This document shows, one piece after another, positions 12,480 through 26,500 of a stretch of 64,000 nt of DNA (position 1 is its first letter; each line of letters opens with the position of its first letter). The position numbers and the translations under genes are program-made. The notes under the pieces are model-generated. The model was given only the letters and a program-made list of their open reading frames with translations, had not been told where the DNA came from and made no database searches. Origin of the DNA: Raillietiella orientalis (taxonomy: Eukaryota); assembly GCA_036172245.1 (NCBI GenBank), contig JAYWIR010000029.1, positions 2,790,001-2,854,000 on the forward strand. Direction: 5' to 3'.

Positions 12480-13287
12480 ACTTCCTCGTGTTTTCGACAT
12501 GGGGAGAAGATCACATGATCCGCACCATTAGTGGTTTTCGCAGGACGGGGTCGGCGATTAGCAGAATTCGGTCCTCTGCCTCCCGTGCTTGCGACATCGA
12601 CGGTTCTCGTTCTGCTCTGCTTTGTTTGTTTTCGCAAATCGGCTGCAAAACCCTTGCGCAGGGCGAGGCGGGCGGGCGGGCGGGTGCGCGCGCGATCGCG
12701 TTCCCGGATCGCACGGCTTGCTCGCCGAGCGAACGCGCCACCGGCCGCGCTGGAGACTGCGAGCGGCGTACGCACGTGCCGAAGCCGGTCGATGGTGGAT
12801 CGACCACGGGCCGTTTGGCTCGCCCGCGCCCGCGCGGGTGGTCCCGTCCTCTCGAAGCAGCGGGCGATGGCTTCACGAAGGGTGGCATTTCCGGGTCGAA
12901 GGTGCCTTGTCCACGCACGCTTGCCTCTCTCTCGGCCTGCCGCCTGGTCGTTCGCCCTGGCGACGCCGGTGCTGCCCGGCGTGCTTCCCCGTTTGCTCCG
13001 TGCGCTGGCAGCCGATCCCAAACCTCGCAAAGCCTGGGCTGGGCACTCGAGCGGCGTGGCACGTGATGAACGCGACGCACGCTGCCTCCTTTCGAACCGA
13101 GAAAGCGGTTCCCGAAGAGATTGGGGAAGAAGAGGTTCTTCTGCTCGTACGTTTTCCTGCTCGGCTGGCGTCCGAACGGGCCGGTTGCTCTTCTCGGAGA
13201 GCACCTACCGCCGCTGCTTTGCCTTGTCTTCGAGAAAGAGCACACTCATGTGTAGCCACGCGCCCGGTCCGCTTTCGGCAGCCCTGC

Positions 13288-13336
<49 letters not shown>

Positions 13337-14300
13337 ACTGCTCGTGTTGAGCAGCGCGCGAACGGACGCTGAGAGCTGCGTGGCCGCGGTCGTTGGGAAG
13401 CGCCACGGGCGCGTGCGGCGGAGCTGCCCGCAAGTGGCTCGGAGCGATGGCAACGGGGAGGAAGAGGAGGAGGGACTCGTCCCCGTGGACAGGAAGGAAC
13501 CCGTGACGACAACGCGCCACGCTTTCTCGGCGAGCTCAAAGAACAGCACTCCTTGGAACACGCGCACACGCAAAAAAACGTCCGAGTTGGTGCGCGTGCA
13601 AGCGTTTCCGTTTCCGTTACTTTGGTACGGTGGCGCCCCACGGCGCGCGGTGCTCGGGATGCATTCCCGGAGAATAGGCCGTCGTACACGCGTTGCACCA
13701 GGCGGCGGCCTCCTCTCATCATCACGCACCTGAATTCACGAGCGACTCGCGTTCAGGCTGCAAGTCTTTTGCGCGTGTCCGTCTCGAGCTGCCATTGGTT
13801 GCGTCCGTCCCGCTGCAGGTTCAGGATGAGGGAGGGATGGGAGCGAGGTGCACGGTGCTAGATGGAACCATTCCCCACAGGTATCTTGAGGAATGGTTCC
13901 GCTGGTCGATGCCGGGGCTGTTGCCGCCATATGCTGCGCAGAGACGCCTCTTTGCAAGGCGTCCTCTCGACAGTTGCCGTGGAAGGCACGCCGATGCCAG
14001 GTGGGTCGGGTCCACGGGGTCCCAAGCGTGTTCGGATCTCACGCTTCGAGCTGGGAGCGTCCACGCACGCGATGCTAAGACTTGCGTCGACGTCCTCTTG
14101 AGCCGGCCTCCGATTTCCCGAGTCGAGCGGCGCGGTGGGTTTCGGGGTGTCTGACCAAGCTGCGCAGCCGTCGGGACTCCGAGGTCGGGCGGAACAGGTT
14201 TCTTGCACGGAGGAGGTGGGAAGACTTCGGCTCGGCTTAGGTGGAAGGGGTCCGTATTTCTGGAGAGCCCTTTGCTTCCACGAAAGCACCGATGAGTGGG
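12480..14300 (-). promoter_or_regulatory. CpG-island-like upstream/5'UTR region of ZIP copy 1
   Basis: GC- and CpG-rich island flanked by AT-rich DNA; (GGGC)n GC boxes at 12661-12684, GA repeat, CCAAT on minus strand near 13794. Confidence 0.5.
13293..13334. repeat. (AG)21 microsatellite
   Basis: Read directly from the sequence. Confidence 0.98.
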
Positions 14301-17300
14301 AACGGCGAGGGCGAGGAGGTTTAGGCAGACGATGCTGTGATCCGACGCAAGCGGCTGTTCTTGCTCTTCTTGAGACAAGTCGGAGGTGGATGAGTGCACG
14401 CAAAGAGCGGAGTGGCTTTGGAATGGAAGGTCTGCTCTCTGAGCTGTCGCGTTGGTGGTTTCTTTCGCTTCTGGCAAAGCGTGCGGAGGTTTCGTTGCCG
14501 TTCCTCGTGAAGCATCTTGTAAGTTCGTGATACTCGGCGCAGGAGTTGTGGAAACTGGAAAGGGGCAATGCATGGGCTCGTCACTCGTAATTGTATTGGT
14601 CTTGTGGATAGCTGCCTCCATAGCAGCACGCACGCTATGAGTTACACTATTCACTGTTCTAGTTGTTAGCAGTAGCATATCCTGTTGATACAGTGAAAAA
14701 AAGGCGATACCTAGAAATGAACCGTTTTGCTTCCTGTTTACAAACGATCTTTTCTAAAGTATTTCAGTGGTTTTGGTAATGTGCGTTTAAGTGCTTGAAG
14801 AAAGCGAAGGAGAACATTCTCCAGATTGTCAGGGCAACAAATGCCTCGTAAGTGTGTTCATTATGATCATGGCTGTGTTGCTCTAAAACTCCCACTCTGC
14901 TTTCTGTAGAGAGCCACTTCGTTGGGCACTGGCAACGAGAAAGAGTGAACCCTTAAAAACGTGTCCCCGGACTCGCTTGTTTTCAGAGATGCGGAAATGG
15001 TGTTTTTCGTTCTTTCTTCCGTACGAGGCAGATCGGATATGCGTTTGCGTTTATCGTTGAGGAAATCATTAAATGAAGAAACAACCTCATTATTGAGATG
15101 GAATGTTGTAATTGACTGTTCTTCAGGATGCAACGCTGCTTACTGCTAGGAAATAGTGCATCTAAATTGGTTGGTTAGAAGAGCAGAGATCAAAGAAGGG
15201 TCACCTCCAAATGAAGTTCGTAATGGGATGCAGAACGAGAAATTGCAAGTACTTTCCTCCTGGTACTGTCCTAAAAACAGGCAGATAATATTTTTTATCT
15301 CTCTGATATCCAGTTTTGTCATCTGATACAAGTAAGGGTGTTTAGGTTTGAAAGTGTACTTTTGTATCTTTCAAAATGTGAGTACATAAAGGAAAAAAAT
15401 ATGTATCGAATGGATTTTGGCTAGAGTGTTACCAAGAGTAGGTTTACTGATATGGCGCTTGTCTCACCAGCTCCACAGCAAAGTTTGTGTAGCTGAATAA
15501 ACAGTTTGCATTTCTTATCAGTTTTTCCCCCTGAATCTGGGAACCTGCTTGTGTTTTATTTTAAGATAATGCGCGCAATACGCCTTCAGTTATTAGGGAT
15601 CCATACATGGAGTGCAAGCCAAGGATGAGATAGGATCCCATGTCACAAGCGCAGCTCCTTCTAGGTTTCTTTTGAGTAGTCTGCAAAATTTGCTGGAGGA
15701 AGAAATCATGCACTGGACCATAATCCTGCTTCATTTAAGAGTATGCTCAGAGGCCTATGGGAGTGATGGCTTCTTTAAGACCTCTTAGATGATCGACAAT
15801 GAAGCTGCTTAGCCGAGTGATTCCTGTCGATCATCAAATGTTCTACGTAATTGTCAAGGATGACTCAGAAGTTCGAAGTACTTGGCCTTTTCGTCGCCAC
15901 AGGAAAAGCAATCCATCTTGAAGCGCTTTCATTCTGCCTTCCTACGAGAATGGTCCGTTAAGTTAATCCAGAAATGCGATGCCTGTTATCCCATGTACGA
16001 TAAAGTAGCAAAAAATCTAAATGGATTTAGAACCGAATTCTTCACAATATACTTGGAATTCTTCCTCGTAGACTGAAGTCAGAGAAGTCATCCAAGTGCT
16101 TCTACATGTTGCGCCTTTTAACACAGCGTGGTCTTGCACTGCAATGCCAGGGTACCATTGGTGCCACCTGGAGTGAAATGGGAATAAGAATGCTTTGGGG
16201 GAATCTTCCGGGGATTTTCGTGATGCTTCTGTTAATGCCCAGATCTGACATCTCAGGCATACACTATGACCACCTGTTTTACCAGCCTTACTCCCTTTGA
16301 CAAACGTCGCCATCTTGCGCACAGAGGTTTCTTTGTGACTTCTTGAGCTGAAATCTATTCTTGCCCTTTCCGAATTTCAATTTGGGACCTTCTTTCGGCT
16401 ACACTCTCGAAAGCCAGCAGCTGGATACTCAGGTCAATTGATTTTCAGGAATTTTCAACGGTTTTCGAAGTTTGGCACAACAGCTCCTCAGATGCGCCAG
16501 GGTCTCCTTTTTCTTTTTTATTGGGTGTTCAGCATCTGACATGGCGTGGCGACACTTTCCGAGATCATCAACCGTAGTATTTTCTACGCCTCTCTTTAGA
16601 CCTTGATCCTAACCCATGAAGTGCTAGAGTTTCTTGCAGTCTTCAATCACATCAGGATACATGATCATACGGTGCATGAGACTAGAAGCTTCCCAGGTTT
16701 GCTCCTGTCAAAGACAGATAAGTGGAAAAGTGGAACTAGGTATAATTTTTTTCTTTGCTAAATGCCGAAGACTGGAAGATGCTGGTCATCATGAACTGGC
16801 ATCTCAGTGGATGGAAACTGTCACAGTCCGAACTTGAATTCGAAAATATCCATGCCTGTCTAGCCGCAAAAGGAGAGGAAAAACGTTTCCATAGATTTCC
16901 AATGTTGGATTTCTGAAGATCATAGGTCCAGTTCTCGCAAAATGGATCCATCCAGAGAAGAATCAGTTGACATACTCAGTGAGTTCTTGTCCAGGGAGTT
17001 CATGCTTCAGCGATAACAGTTTGTGAGTTTGTGAGAAATTATAAAAGTAGATAATGCAGAAGTGCTCGAAAGAGCTAATCTAACATTAATGCTTTCCTTG
17101 TTGAAAACACGATATAAATGAGAAATACTTATCAGAAGGTATGGTAGTTCATTGGTGTTCTAATGTGTGTACCGCAGAGCAAACTCTGCTTTCGCAAGTT
17201 TCAACTGAGCAGAAAGGTCTGAAGTCCACAACGTTCCCGTTTCATCTCCCTGAAAAAGAAATCTTCATTTGCCCTCATTTCTGTGCAGTGATCTGATCCG

Positions 17301-17949
17301 ATAAACTTGTACACATGCAGGGAATTATGTGCACACAATGAATTTCATCCACGGTTAATCAGTGGATCAATTGATTAGTTTTTTTTTCATCCCAGAAGAG
17401 CCTGAAAGATAATGGTTGCATCGATAATGGCTGCGTCCCATTATTTCCCATAGGTTTCTCCCAAAACTGGGAAGCATAAGTTTCAAAACAGCCAAACTAG
17501 GATATTTTTTGAAGACAGACTCTGAAAGGTTGCACCTATGGTTGCATTCGTATGAAGAGGGCAACATCTGCAGCTCAAAAAATTCCTCGAAGAAGCATGA
17601 ATGTGACTCGTTTCCACTGGACGCGATCCTATTGTCTCTTGGGAGAAGCGCAGCAGTAGCATCCTTGCTGCCTACTCAAGGTCTTCCTTCTCACGGACTC
17701 ATTTCGATGAACGCTAAGTGTGTCTTCCTCTGTAATCGCTTTGCAGAGATCGATTCCCGAGAAAAGCGGCGTGTTTTTTTTTTACGCACCTCATGCTGAT
17801 ATGGCATTGAAAGACTGCTCAGAGGTTAGCGTGCTTCATCTCAAACACTCAAGCAAGTGCAGAGTGCTGGTCACCTGAGGCTCCCTCTAGCACGGGCCGA
17901 GCGGTTTCCGTCATGGGCTTCCAAACTTTTCTTGGTGGCCGGTCTCCGC

Positions 17950-18300
17950 GACTCGCAGCCAGCGACCGATTCGAAAATCAGTCACAACCCACCCTTGTTT
18001 CGAATTCAAGGATGGACAGCTGTCGTTCGACACGACTGTCAACAGGACTTGGTTCTTATAAAATGGGAATTGCAGCAGCTAGGAATCATCTTGAGAACCC
18101 GGAGCCTTCGACTGAAGCTGAAGGCAATCTTCGATCACCTATCGCATCTGGAAGACCGTATCCAGTGCGTGGGAAAAAGGATGCCGCAGCTATAAGGGAA
18201 GTAATTTTGAAGGCAGTTCCGGTTGACAGGAGACTAACAGCATGGTTCATTCAGCGACACAGCTCGCCCTATCCGAATATTTCCGATGAAAAAATTTCCG
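17950..18300 (+). mobile_element. Possible LINE AP-endonuclease remnant
   Basis: 'LFRIQGWTAVVRHDC' resembles the APE segment FxIxGYxxxRxDR; heavily degenerate. Confidence 0.25.
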
Positions 18301-19559
18301 CTTAGCAGTCCATCATTGTGTTTTTTCCATCTCCCTCAGAGATCGTATCAAAACATCTCAAGTCCAAGTTAAGAAATTTAATTGAAAGATAAATCCAATC
18401 AATTGGTGTCCGCACGCCGGGAGAGTTTGCAAGCACCTGCACTTGAAGCTTGCATAAACAGTGTGGTGCATACGCACGCGACATTGAGACGGCTCCTGGG
18501 AAACTCATTTAGATGGTGGACGCCTGTTTCAGCCTTTTTCCTCCCTCCCTCTCCATTTTTTCCTTCCCTTCCCGTAGATTCCCAGGTCACTCCATATCAG
18601 ATCTCACGTTTCCGATATATTTTAGAGATGCGGAAACTATGTGTCCGGTGGCGGAGGAGCCACGGTCGACTGCGGGAAGTCCATCATTAAATTAGTCCAT
18701 TTGTCGTGTGTTTTGCCTGAGGAAGAGAGTGGTGTTGGACGCCAATGGTGGCGTCGTTTGCGCGTTTCGGAAAACCAGGAGTCAATACGAACTGCAAGGA
18801 TCCTGGAGCTGCTCTTGTACGCGCTGGAGTTTTGGTGGTGGTTACTGCCCTTCTCTATCCCCATCTTTGTGTATGGTGAGGCTCGCCGGTTTATTCCCAG
18901 GCATAATCCAGGTGGTTGGATAGTATGTGAGGCTTATTATTGATCATGTGTATTTTGAAATCTGAGCGCTCTCCCTGAAAAGCCGCCCCAATATGCTGCC
19001 ATTGTCTGTTGTCGTATTAATCATCTCTCGTATTTCGCTAGAACGTTCCACTGAGCACATCCAGCAACTGGTGCTCAGCGCTGGCTCATGTTTTCATGCA
19101 GACTGTTTTGCAGTGCCTCTTCCTCCCTCTGATTCAGTACCAACTCCGGTTCATTTTGCAGCGAAGTGAGTTGCTGCAGCCACTGTTTCTAATTCACTAG
19201 CCAGCATTAGCAGTGCTAATGATCCATCTTTAGATTCGGAGGATTTAGATTTCAATGTTTTTTTTTTGTCCGCTCTCATTTCCATTGCAATCAAGCAGGA
19301 TCCTGAGGTGTGAGAGAGAGAGAGCTGAGGTGTTTCGTTTTCTATCTGACTTCTTCGGCGTCCACCTGTTGCCGAATGAGAACAAGGATGCTCTCTTGGG
19401 ACGGAGTTGCTCTCAAGCAACGTTTCTAATTCGACGATTTCTCAGACTAGTGGGAAAAGACAGGCTGTTCCCTGATCGCCATCTATAAGCAGCTCAGCTC
19501 GGTTCGTCAAAGCAGAGCTCTTTTGAGTAGGTGTGTCACCACTTCTTCCGGAGTCGATC

Positions 19560-19990
19560 ATCCCGGATCAATTTCTGTTTTTTTTTTTTCATTTCTTTTC
19601 CTCTTTCCTTTTCGGTTTATTGCCTGGTTCTCTCTTCCGCTGGAAGGGTTCATGACCACGCCTCTGACCTCTTGGATGCTGTGGTATTGAGAGACGAGTG
19701 CTCTTCGCAGTAACACGCCAAAACTTCTCGATGACGGAGGAAACTTGCCAAAATACAACCCCAGGTTGAGGGTGTCCGTCGCCTCCTCCATCCGGGACAC
19801 CCTTCTAAGGAGCATCAAGCCCCTGAGGGGTGTACAGGTAGCAGGACCTCCCGATAGGATTGCTGAGCAAAGAGACTGGGGCACGCAAATCTGCTGTAGG
19901 GTCCCTGCGCGGATCCACCACTACATCTATAAAGGAATCCAGGAAGCTGATCAACAGTGTACTCGCCACGCCCCGAGTGTGAACTCAGTG
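19560..19990 (-). mobile_element. Decayed LINE RT C-terminal part
   Basis: 'EYTVDQL' (YADD-like) followed by 'MEEATDTLNLGLYF' (ExVxxxKYLG-like). Confidence 0.3.
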
Positions 19991-22494
19991 TCGAGAGAAC
20001 TGACCCGTGAGGATCGAACGGGGTGAACGCGCGTTTTTTGCTGTGTGTTCCCCTTTTTTTTTGGCTTCTTGCATTATTAGACCAGCCCGCCTCTAGTCGG
20101 ACTGGGGAGTAACAGTAGAAAGACAGGGAAACGAACGCTGGAAGCAGTCGATGGTTCCCGTTCAGGTCAAAAGAGCGTCCAGAGAGTGCGTGGGGGACTC
20201 CTGAGGAAACCCGGGCTTCCGAACTTCCCTGTCTGTCTTTAACAGTGCGCGCCCGCAAGCAGCGCAAGGTCTGCGCTCCGACGCCTCGCTTCCGTGGCAG
20301 CGAGCTCCATGCGAAGAGCAACGCCTGCGGCAAGGAGCAGGTGGAAGAAGGGTTGATGAGTGGTGGGCGGCTTGCCTTTTCCTTTTCGTATGCTGGTCGC
20401 TCCGGCGTCACCCGCCGCGTGTGGCCGTGCCTCGCGCGATGCGGCCCGCGACAAACGTCCTCCCCCCCCCCCGTTTCCAGGGTACTTCTACTCCAGGGCG
20501 TGGGCGTTATCTGCGCTCCAAAAATAAAAGAGCCAGATGACAACAAGAACGCGTTTCTGAACTACGTCGGAGGGTGAAGATTACTGTTACGTCGGACACG
20601 TGTTTGCCGCATGACCTATCCTGCTGATATCTGAGCAGCCTGGACTTCGTCGGCAGTGGACTCCCGAGTCCGACGCACGCGATCGATTTTGGGATCTTGC
20701 CCATCCCGGGGGCCGTAAGCGGCACGATAGCGTGTCCGGATATGGACTCTCAGGAAAGATAAGAAGCTGCTTGGCAGTCTGAGTCCTCCAGGCACTGACC
20801 GATTCGGAGACGTCGATTCCGGCGATTCGAGGTCTCCGGACAACGAGTTGTTAGTGGCTCAACTGGTTGAACGAAAAGTTTGAGTGCCAATGGCGGGAGT
20901 CACGTAGGGTACGAAATGAGCGGGATGATAACGTTACGATGAGAGGCGAAGGAGTCGAATAGCAAGAAGTCCGTCATGATCATTCTGTTACTGGATCGAT
21001 GGCAGTATTTGTGGTGATAGAAAGATGGCTGCAAGACAACTAATGATGGCAAAGTAGAGGAGAGTAATTAGTCAGTATGTGGGGGTATTAAGAGTACAAC
21101 TGAACCGGTCGTTCTTGAATTTTCTATAGTAATTGTAACCTGACAATTTGTTGTTGTTGTTGAACTAAAATTCTAGTGCCTGATTACTGTAATTAAGTCG
21201 TGGAGGTTGATGGAATTGGGTTGGATAGGTACTTCGCATCCAGAGTCTCAAACATTGATGCAGCACAGTCGAGAAGAGGGAGGAGAAAGAGTTGAAGGCG
21301 ATCACAGTTCTGCTTCTCCACGAGTCGTCGAGGCCGCGTTCAAGGGTAGGACTGCTTTTCTGTGACTTCTTCGCTCGCTTAGGTCATCAGCTGCCGCTTC
21401 GAGGCGCAGCAGCTGGCTGCCGCTCTCGAAATCGGAAAGTGGAGAGGGGAAACGAAGATGGTTTCCATGGTGAGGGAGCAAGGCTGTTTCCGAGACTCGG
21501 CGGCGAGGCTCCCCGCTCGAGACGGAGAGGCAGCATCTCACCGGCGCCATCCTTTCACCCACGTGCGCGCACCCGCGTCAGCGAAAAGACTGAACCGGGA
21601 GGCGGTCACACCTTTTTTCGAGGCATTTTCACTGCTTCTCGAAGGCAACGCGCGTAGGGACCTCCGCGTCCGGTGGTTCCCATCCCTTCAGCGTGCTGTT
21701 CGCAGCACGGTGCAACAGGTGGGGAACGCGAGATGCTTTGGCCGTTTAGCTCGACACCGAGGACAATTCCGTCCCGGTTCGGGCACAGGATAGGAGGAGG
21801 AGAAGAAGACAGGCAGAAAATCGGCGCTTTTTGGTCCCCGAAACCGCCGCGGCTCCAGGATTACGTGCTATCAGACGAGACTACCACTTTGAAGAGGCTC
21901 CTGGTAAATGGGTGCACCGGTTGCCATCTTGGTCCGGTATATTCGTCGTTGCTGTTATCAGCTTATCAGAGCACTTCAGGACGCGGGTGCTGAAAGGCAC
22001 CTGGCATTCGGATGACCATTTCTTAAACCTCATCGATGTGCGTTCCACGTTTCCTACCAGAATTTCTGTGATACTGGTTCAAGAATTAAAAGGATAGAGG
22101 TTGACTGGATGATTCTGGCTGATTCAAGAGGGACTGCGAGTGAACTGTCGAGCAGCTTCTCCTGACATGGCTGCAGTTTGGATAAGAAGAACGCTCGCCC
22201 TTGGAACCGCCGTTAGCAAATATTCAGGAGCTGCTGGCTATTGCAAGAATAAATCTCGAGCCAGACCCGATCCAGGTATCATTCCGGCAGGTAGTTGCCT
22301 TGACAATTGGTTTCCGGGTAAGGGGCTTTCCGGTCCAGCCACTGTTGGCAAGTTCTCTATTCTCAAGCACATTCCTCTGACTACGGCAACTCCTCGATAA
22401 TGAAGACGGATTTCCAAGAAAAAAACCATTCCCTAGGATGATGAGAATCCTTTTGAATTCTTCTGTTTTCCTTCCAGCTGTTGATCCCAGGTTT

Positions 22495-23236
22495 TCCATT
22501 CGCCAAGTGGTGAAGAAACGCTCGCCTCCTTGCGAGGGATACACGAAACTCTTTGACACGTGAATATGCCACCCTAAGATGTGTGCAGCTCTTTATCAAG
22601 TTATAGGGGGTACCCCGGAAGGGGAACACCCTATGAATTCCGGAGGTTACCGGAGGAAGGAGTCATTTCCCTATCTTACGCTTGGGAGGACGGAACCTCT
22701 TCCTTGTTCTTTGTTCCCTCTGGAGGGACTCCCCAGAGGAAGCCTCTCCTCGTTCCTTCTTCGGAGGGACCCTAAAAAAAGATTCGCTCCTAGCTTCCAC
22801 CTCTGTAGGGAACCCCGAAGGGACACTTCTCAATTTTCTTCGAAGGGTCGCTCCCAAGGGGAGCAGCTCACTTCTTCATACTCTGGAGAGGCAACATTCC
22901 ACCAGCTCCACGGCACGCCATGGAGGATCCCCCCAAGGGTGGACAGCTCCATTGAACAACCGAAGGGAAAACTCGAAGGTAAGCGGCTCCTTGGTTTCCG
23001 AAATGACCCTGGAGAGCCAACTTCCCATCCCGGCCACTCAACGGAGGCATCCGGGAGGTCCCAAACTCCAACGGTGCTGCATCCGAAGCCGAAAGGCTAA
23101 CCAGCGTCCTCTTGCGGAGGAGACTCGAAGCCCACGATGCACTCATTTCTTGGAGTCGCTCCATCCCCGTACGGGACTCGAACCCGCGACGCTCGGTGCC
23201 GCGCGCGCGGAGACCGCAGCCACGCGGCCTCCAACG
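22495..23236 (-). mobile_element. Long tRNA-headed SINE-like element, copy A (near full length)
   Basis: Minus strand has A-box-like TGGCTGCGGT and a perfect B-box GGTTCGAGTCC; body collinear with 35905-37085 and 63214-63985. Confidence 0.8.
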
Positions 23237-23869
23237 TGGGGCTTCATTTCCACTGCTGCAGGAGCTCCCCGCTTCCAGCCGAACGAAGGGATGCTTCGTT
23301 CCGATGCCTTTGCTCACCGATCTCTCGGGAGGGAAAAAAAGAAAATGAAACCACCGAGTGCCTTTTTTCCTCCTGCATTCGAGACCGACGGGATCTCCCT
23401 GTCGGGAGCTCTCACGCCTTCACTCACGGGAAGATTTATATCCCCTTATCCGATACGGCGAGGGGAGAGAGCGAGCGAAGCGTAGAGAGAGAGAGAGAAA
23501 GGAACAGAATCCTCCTAGCAAGATTTTTGAGCTTCCACCTTCCCTCAATGCAGCAGGAAGCGCACCTGAGATTGGCTCGTGCAGACAGCGGGAACGACCC
23601 GTCCTGAATGGGGCCCAAAGATTCGCGCAACCCCCTCGTCGGAGCACCCGTTTCCCCCCTAACTCCCTTACGTCGCACGTCGCGGTCACCTTCCCACCCG
23701 CCCGTCGCCTACGCACGCGCTCTTCCAATCCGTTCAGGGAGGAGAAGCCGACCCGGTAGGTGCGGAGGGCGCGTGGAAATGCTGCTGGTCCCGCGGATAG
23801 CCATCCGAGAACCCCACGCACTTTCCCAGGAAAAGCCGACAATCACCTTCGCCCGCAGTTCCAGATGGC

Positions 23870-24600
23870 GGAGCTTTATCGTCCTGTTGTATCGGGGCGT
23901 TTCCGGGCAACCAGAAACCTGCACAAATCAGTAGCCATCCTGCCACGTGCACATTCACCAGGGAGCACGCTAAGACGCAGACTGGTGACAACAAACGGAT
24001 GGGGTGGGATGGAGGAGGAGAAACAAAAACAAATAAAATAAAGAATAAATAAGTAAATGTGAAAACTCTTAGAAAGAGGGGTTCGGAAAGAGATCATGGG
24101 CCGCCGCGGAGGGCCCTTCGCATTCCCTGAAGGATGCCGTCTGCATGGCTCCCGGATGGGACCACCTCGTTGCGATTCGCAAGGAGAGAATGGGAAATTG
24201 GGCGATGTTCCGGTCGTCCTGGTACCTTCCGGCGGCGCTCCGGACCGGCACGACAGACTCGTGAAGACAGCAAGGAACTGCTGGAGACGTGGCCGGTGGG
24301 AGGGCATCCCGCACAGAGAGGCGCTCGGGACCGTGTGCGAAACCGTCCGCCAAGGTCTGGGAAGCCGTTCCAAGATGCCCCCGAAGGCGTCGGAGAACGT
24401 CAGCACTGTCCACATGTGGGCGAAGGAAGGACTCCCTTTCTCCGCGCCTGCGGCACTTCGCGCCAACCCTGACCCCTGGATCGACGGGCATTGCATGGGT
24501 GGCTCCAGAGCAACGTCGGAAGCGCCACCCTCTGCCCTTTTTAAGAAAGGGCACGACCTGTCCCACAAGAACGCAGACAGCACTGCATCTCCTGGAGGAA
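23870..24600 (-). mobile_element. Tx1/L1-like LINE 3' end
   Basis: zf-RVT-like 'AKCRRRGERESF..H', then T-rich 3'UTR and degenerate family terminal motif (aaacgccccgatacaacagg). Confidence 0.6.
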
Positions 24601-25599
24601 TCCTCGGGAGCTACGGAGCAGTCCTTTCGGTTGGGACGCTCGGGATCGCAGCCTCCGTGAATTCACGGGTGAACCATCCAAAGAAAGGTTCGCTTTCCCC
24701 GCAGTGCTGCAGCTAATCCGCCCGCTTTTCCGGTGCGTTTCAAATAAGGCTGAATTAGTTAGAGGGAGAATAGGGCCCGTCCGGGACTCCCCCGAAGGCG
24801 GAAGGCTCTCGAAGACTTCGCGGTTTTCGCAGGACTCCTCGGCATCTCCTCCGACGTGCAACGAGCACTCTTGGGGTGTCGCGGGCCCGGCAGCTGCTCC
24901 GTGCTCGCGGCGCCAGGACTCCGGCACGCGGGACGCAGGCACGCTTCCTGGAACCAGGCACTGCGGTCCACGAGCAGGCAGGAGATCCATTCTCGGGCGT
25001 CTGCCAAGGCAACCATCTGCCGCTCAAATACCCGGATTCGAGACACGCTCGGAGGCTGTTCAGAGTCAGGGGAGACGACGGTAGCAGCCGGCCGCTCTCT
25101 TGGCACGGACGCGTTCAGGAGTGCACCAGCGAGCGTTCCACCACTTCGCCTCCGCTTAAAGTCTTCTGCACGACAACGCCCTCTCCAATCGCTCCAACGT
25201 CACGAGTCCGAGTCTGCCATCCCGACGTGCAGTCTCCAAGTCCTTCGGACGGGCGCGTCACCCCCCTTTGTTCCACAAGATCTCCCTCAGGCAGGAGCTT
25301 CTTTCTTCACTTTGCTGGGGAAGGGAAGGACGAAAAGATGGAGTGGGGGAGAGAGGAGCCGCGAACGGGTTGCTTCCCGACGAGAGAAAAACTCGTCATC
25401 CAGGAACGAGCCGAGAGTCGACTCGGTCTTTCAGAGGCGTTGGTCCAGGCGTCCGCTTAGCAGAAGGCCCCCAGCAAACGACCAAAGGTATTCGAAGTCC
25501 GTGCGGGTTCCCGTACCGATCCAGTCGAGACTTGCTGGTCTCGCGGTGCTTTCCGTTGCGTCGTCCGGTAGCGTTGACGTTCCTCCGTCGTCAGCGTTG

Positions 25600-26500
25600 G
25601 CTCCACCGTCGCACTGGAAACAGCTCCATCTCCTGCTGCTCTGCTTGAGAGCTCGAATCGGCCAAGAAGTGTGCTCCACTTCTTTTTCCTCCTCTTATTC
25701 TTGTTCCTCTTGTTGCTGTTGTTGTTGGCGCGCTCCGTCCTGCTGCTGCCTGCTCTTCCTGCACCGCTCTTCCGTCCTTTGCTCTCAGCAAAAGTGTGCG
25801 ATGATCGTCCAGGTGGAATGTCTGTGGAACATTTTCTCTTTGTTTGGGGGCGCGCTTCCTTTGTCTTCTTCCATGGGATGCAGAACATCGGAGTCTGATT
25901 GACTGCCGGTGGCAAATTTGCAAATTCTACGCTGAAGAAAGATAAGACAAAGAGTAAATTTGCATTAGTAAAAGCCACCTTTTCTCTTCAGATATCTTTG
26001 GAAGACTAGGGCAGCTCTTACGAACACTGTAGCTTGTATGCATTGTGTCCCTCTGTTCTTAACACTGGACGGTCTTGCGATAGGTTCCCGTCTACTTCTC
26101 GAGTGCGGGTCGGACAACTGTTTTCCGAGCATTTTGGTGCTGTCGCATCTTTCAGAAGAGGCCACAGGAAAGACCAGGACTTCCTAAAGTTCTTACTCTT
26201 GCAGATGAATTGTGACTTTTGACTTCGGCCTCTCAGGTCCCAATATCTATCCTTTCTCCTACTCCTCGTTCTGGATCCTCTTCTCACAACATCTCTTTCT
26301 GCGGTTTTTCCTTCCTCTTTCGCATGACGAAAGGTTGCTCCTGTAGTCCCCGGCAGTCTGTGTGCTTCTGTCATTGCCACGTGACGTGCTTGCAATGCAC
26401 TTGAACTGGGAGAAGCCCGAATGTCCATGGGAACCGCTCCCGAAAGCGGGTTTTCCGCTTGCACTTAGTGCGATGGACTTGGATTCGTTGCACATGGTCT
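25600..26500 (-). mobile_element. Possible decayed LINE ORF1 (zinc knuckle plus low-complexity tail)
   Basis: Frameshifted Cys/His cluster near 25880-25925 and a Q/K/N-rich tail; lies upstream of, and on the same strand as, the 23870-24600 LINE end. Confidence 0.2.

Larger units (their letters stand above)
12026..14625. repeat. 2.6 kb near-identical direct repeat, copy 1 (partner 51701-54300)
   Basis: Constant offset of 39675 with no indels; about nine substitutions found by eye. Confidence 0.98.

Noticed and set aside
13594..14401. Metal-response-element cores TGCRCNC near the ZIP genes (e.g. 12685, 13594, 14392-14401)
   Set aside because: A degenerate 7-mer in GC-rich DNA; a few hits in 2 kb are about chance level without conservation data
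12416..14678. Long overlapping ORFs (up to 400 aa) upstream of the ZIP genes, identical in both copies
   Set aside because: GC-rich stop-poor DNA, R/A/P-rich with no domains, running through a microsatellite; identity only reflects the duplication
23160..23236. tRNA genes at the GGTTCGA sites
   Set aside because: No complete cloverleaf or consistent anticodon arm; each is attached to the same repeat body, so these are SINE heads
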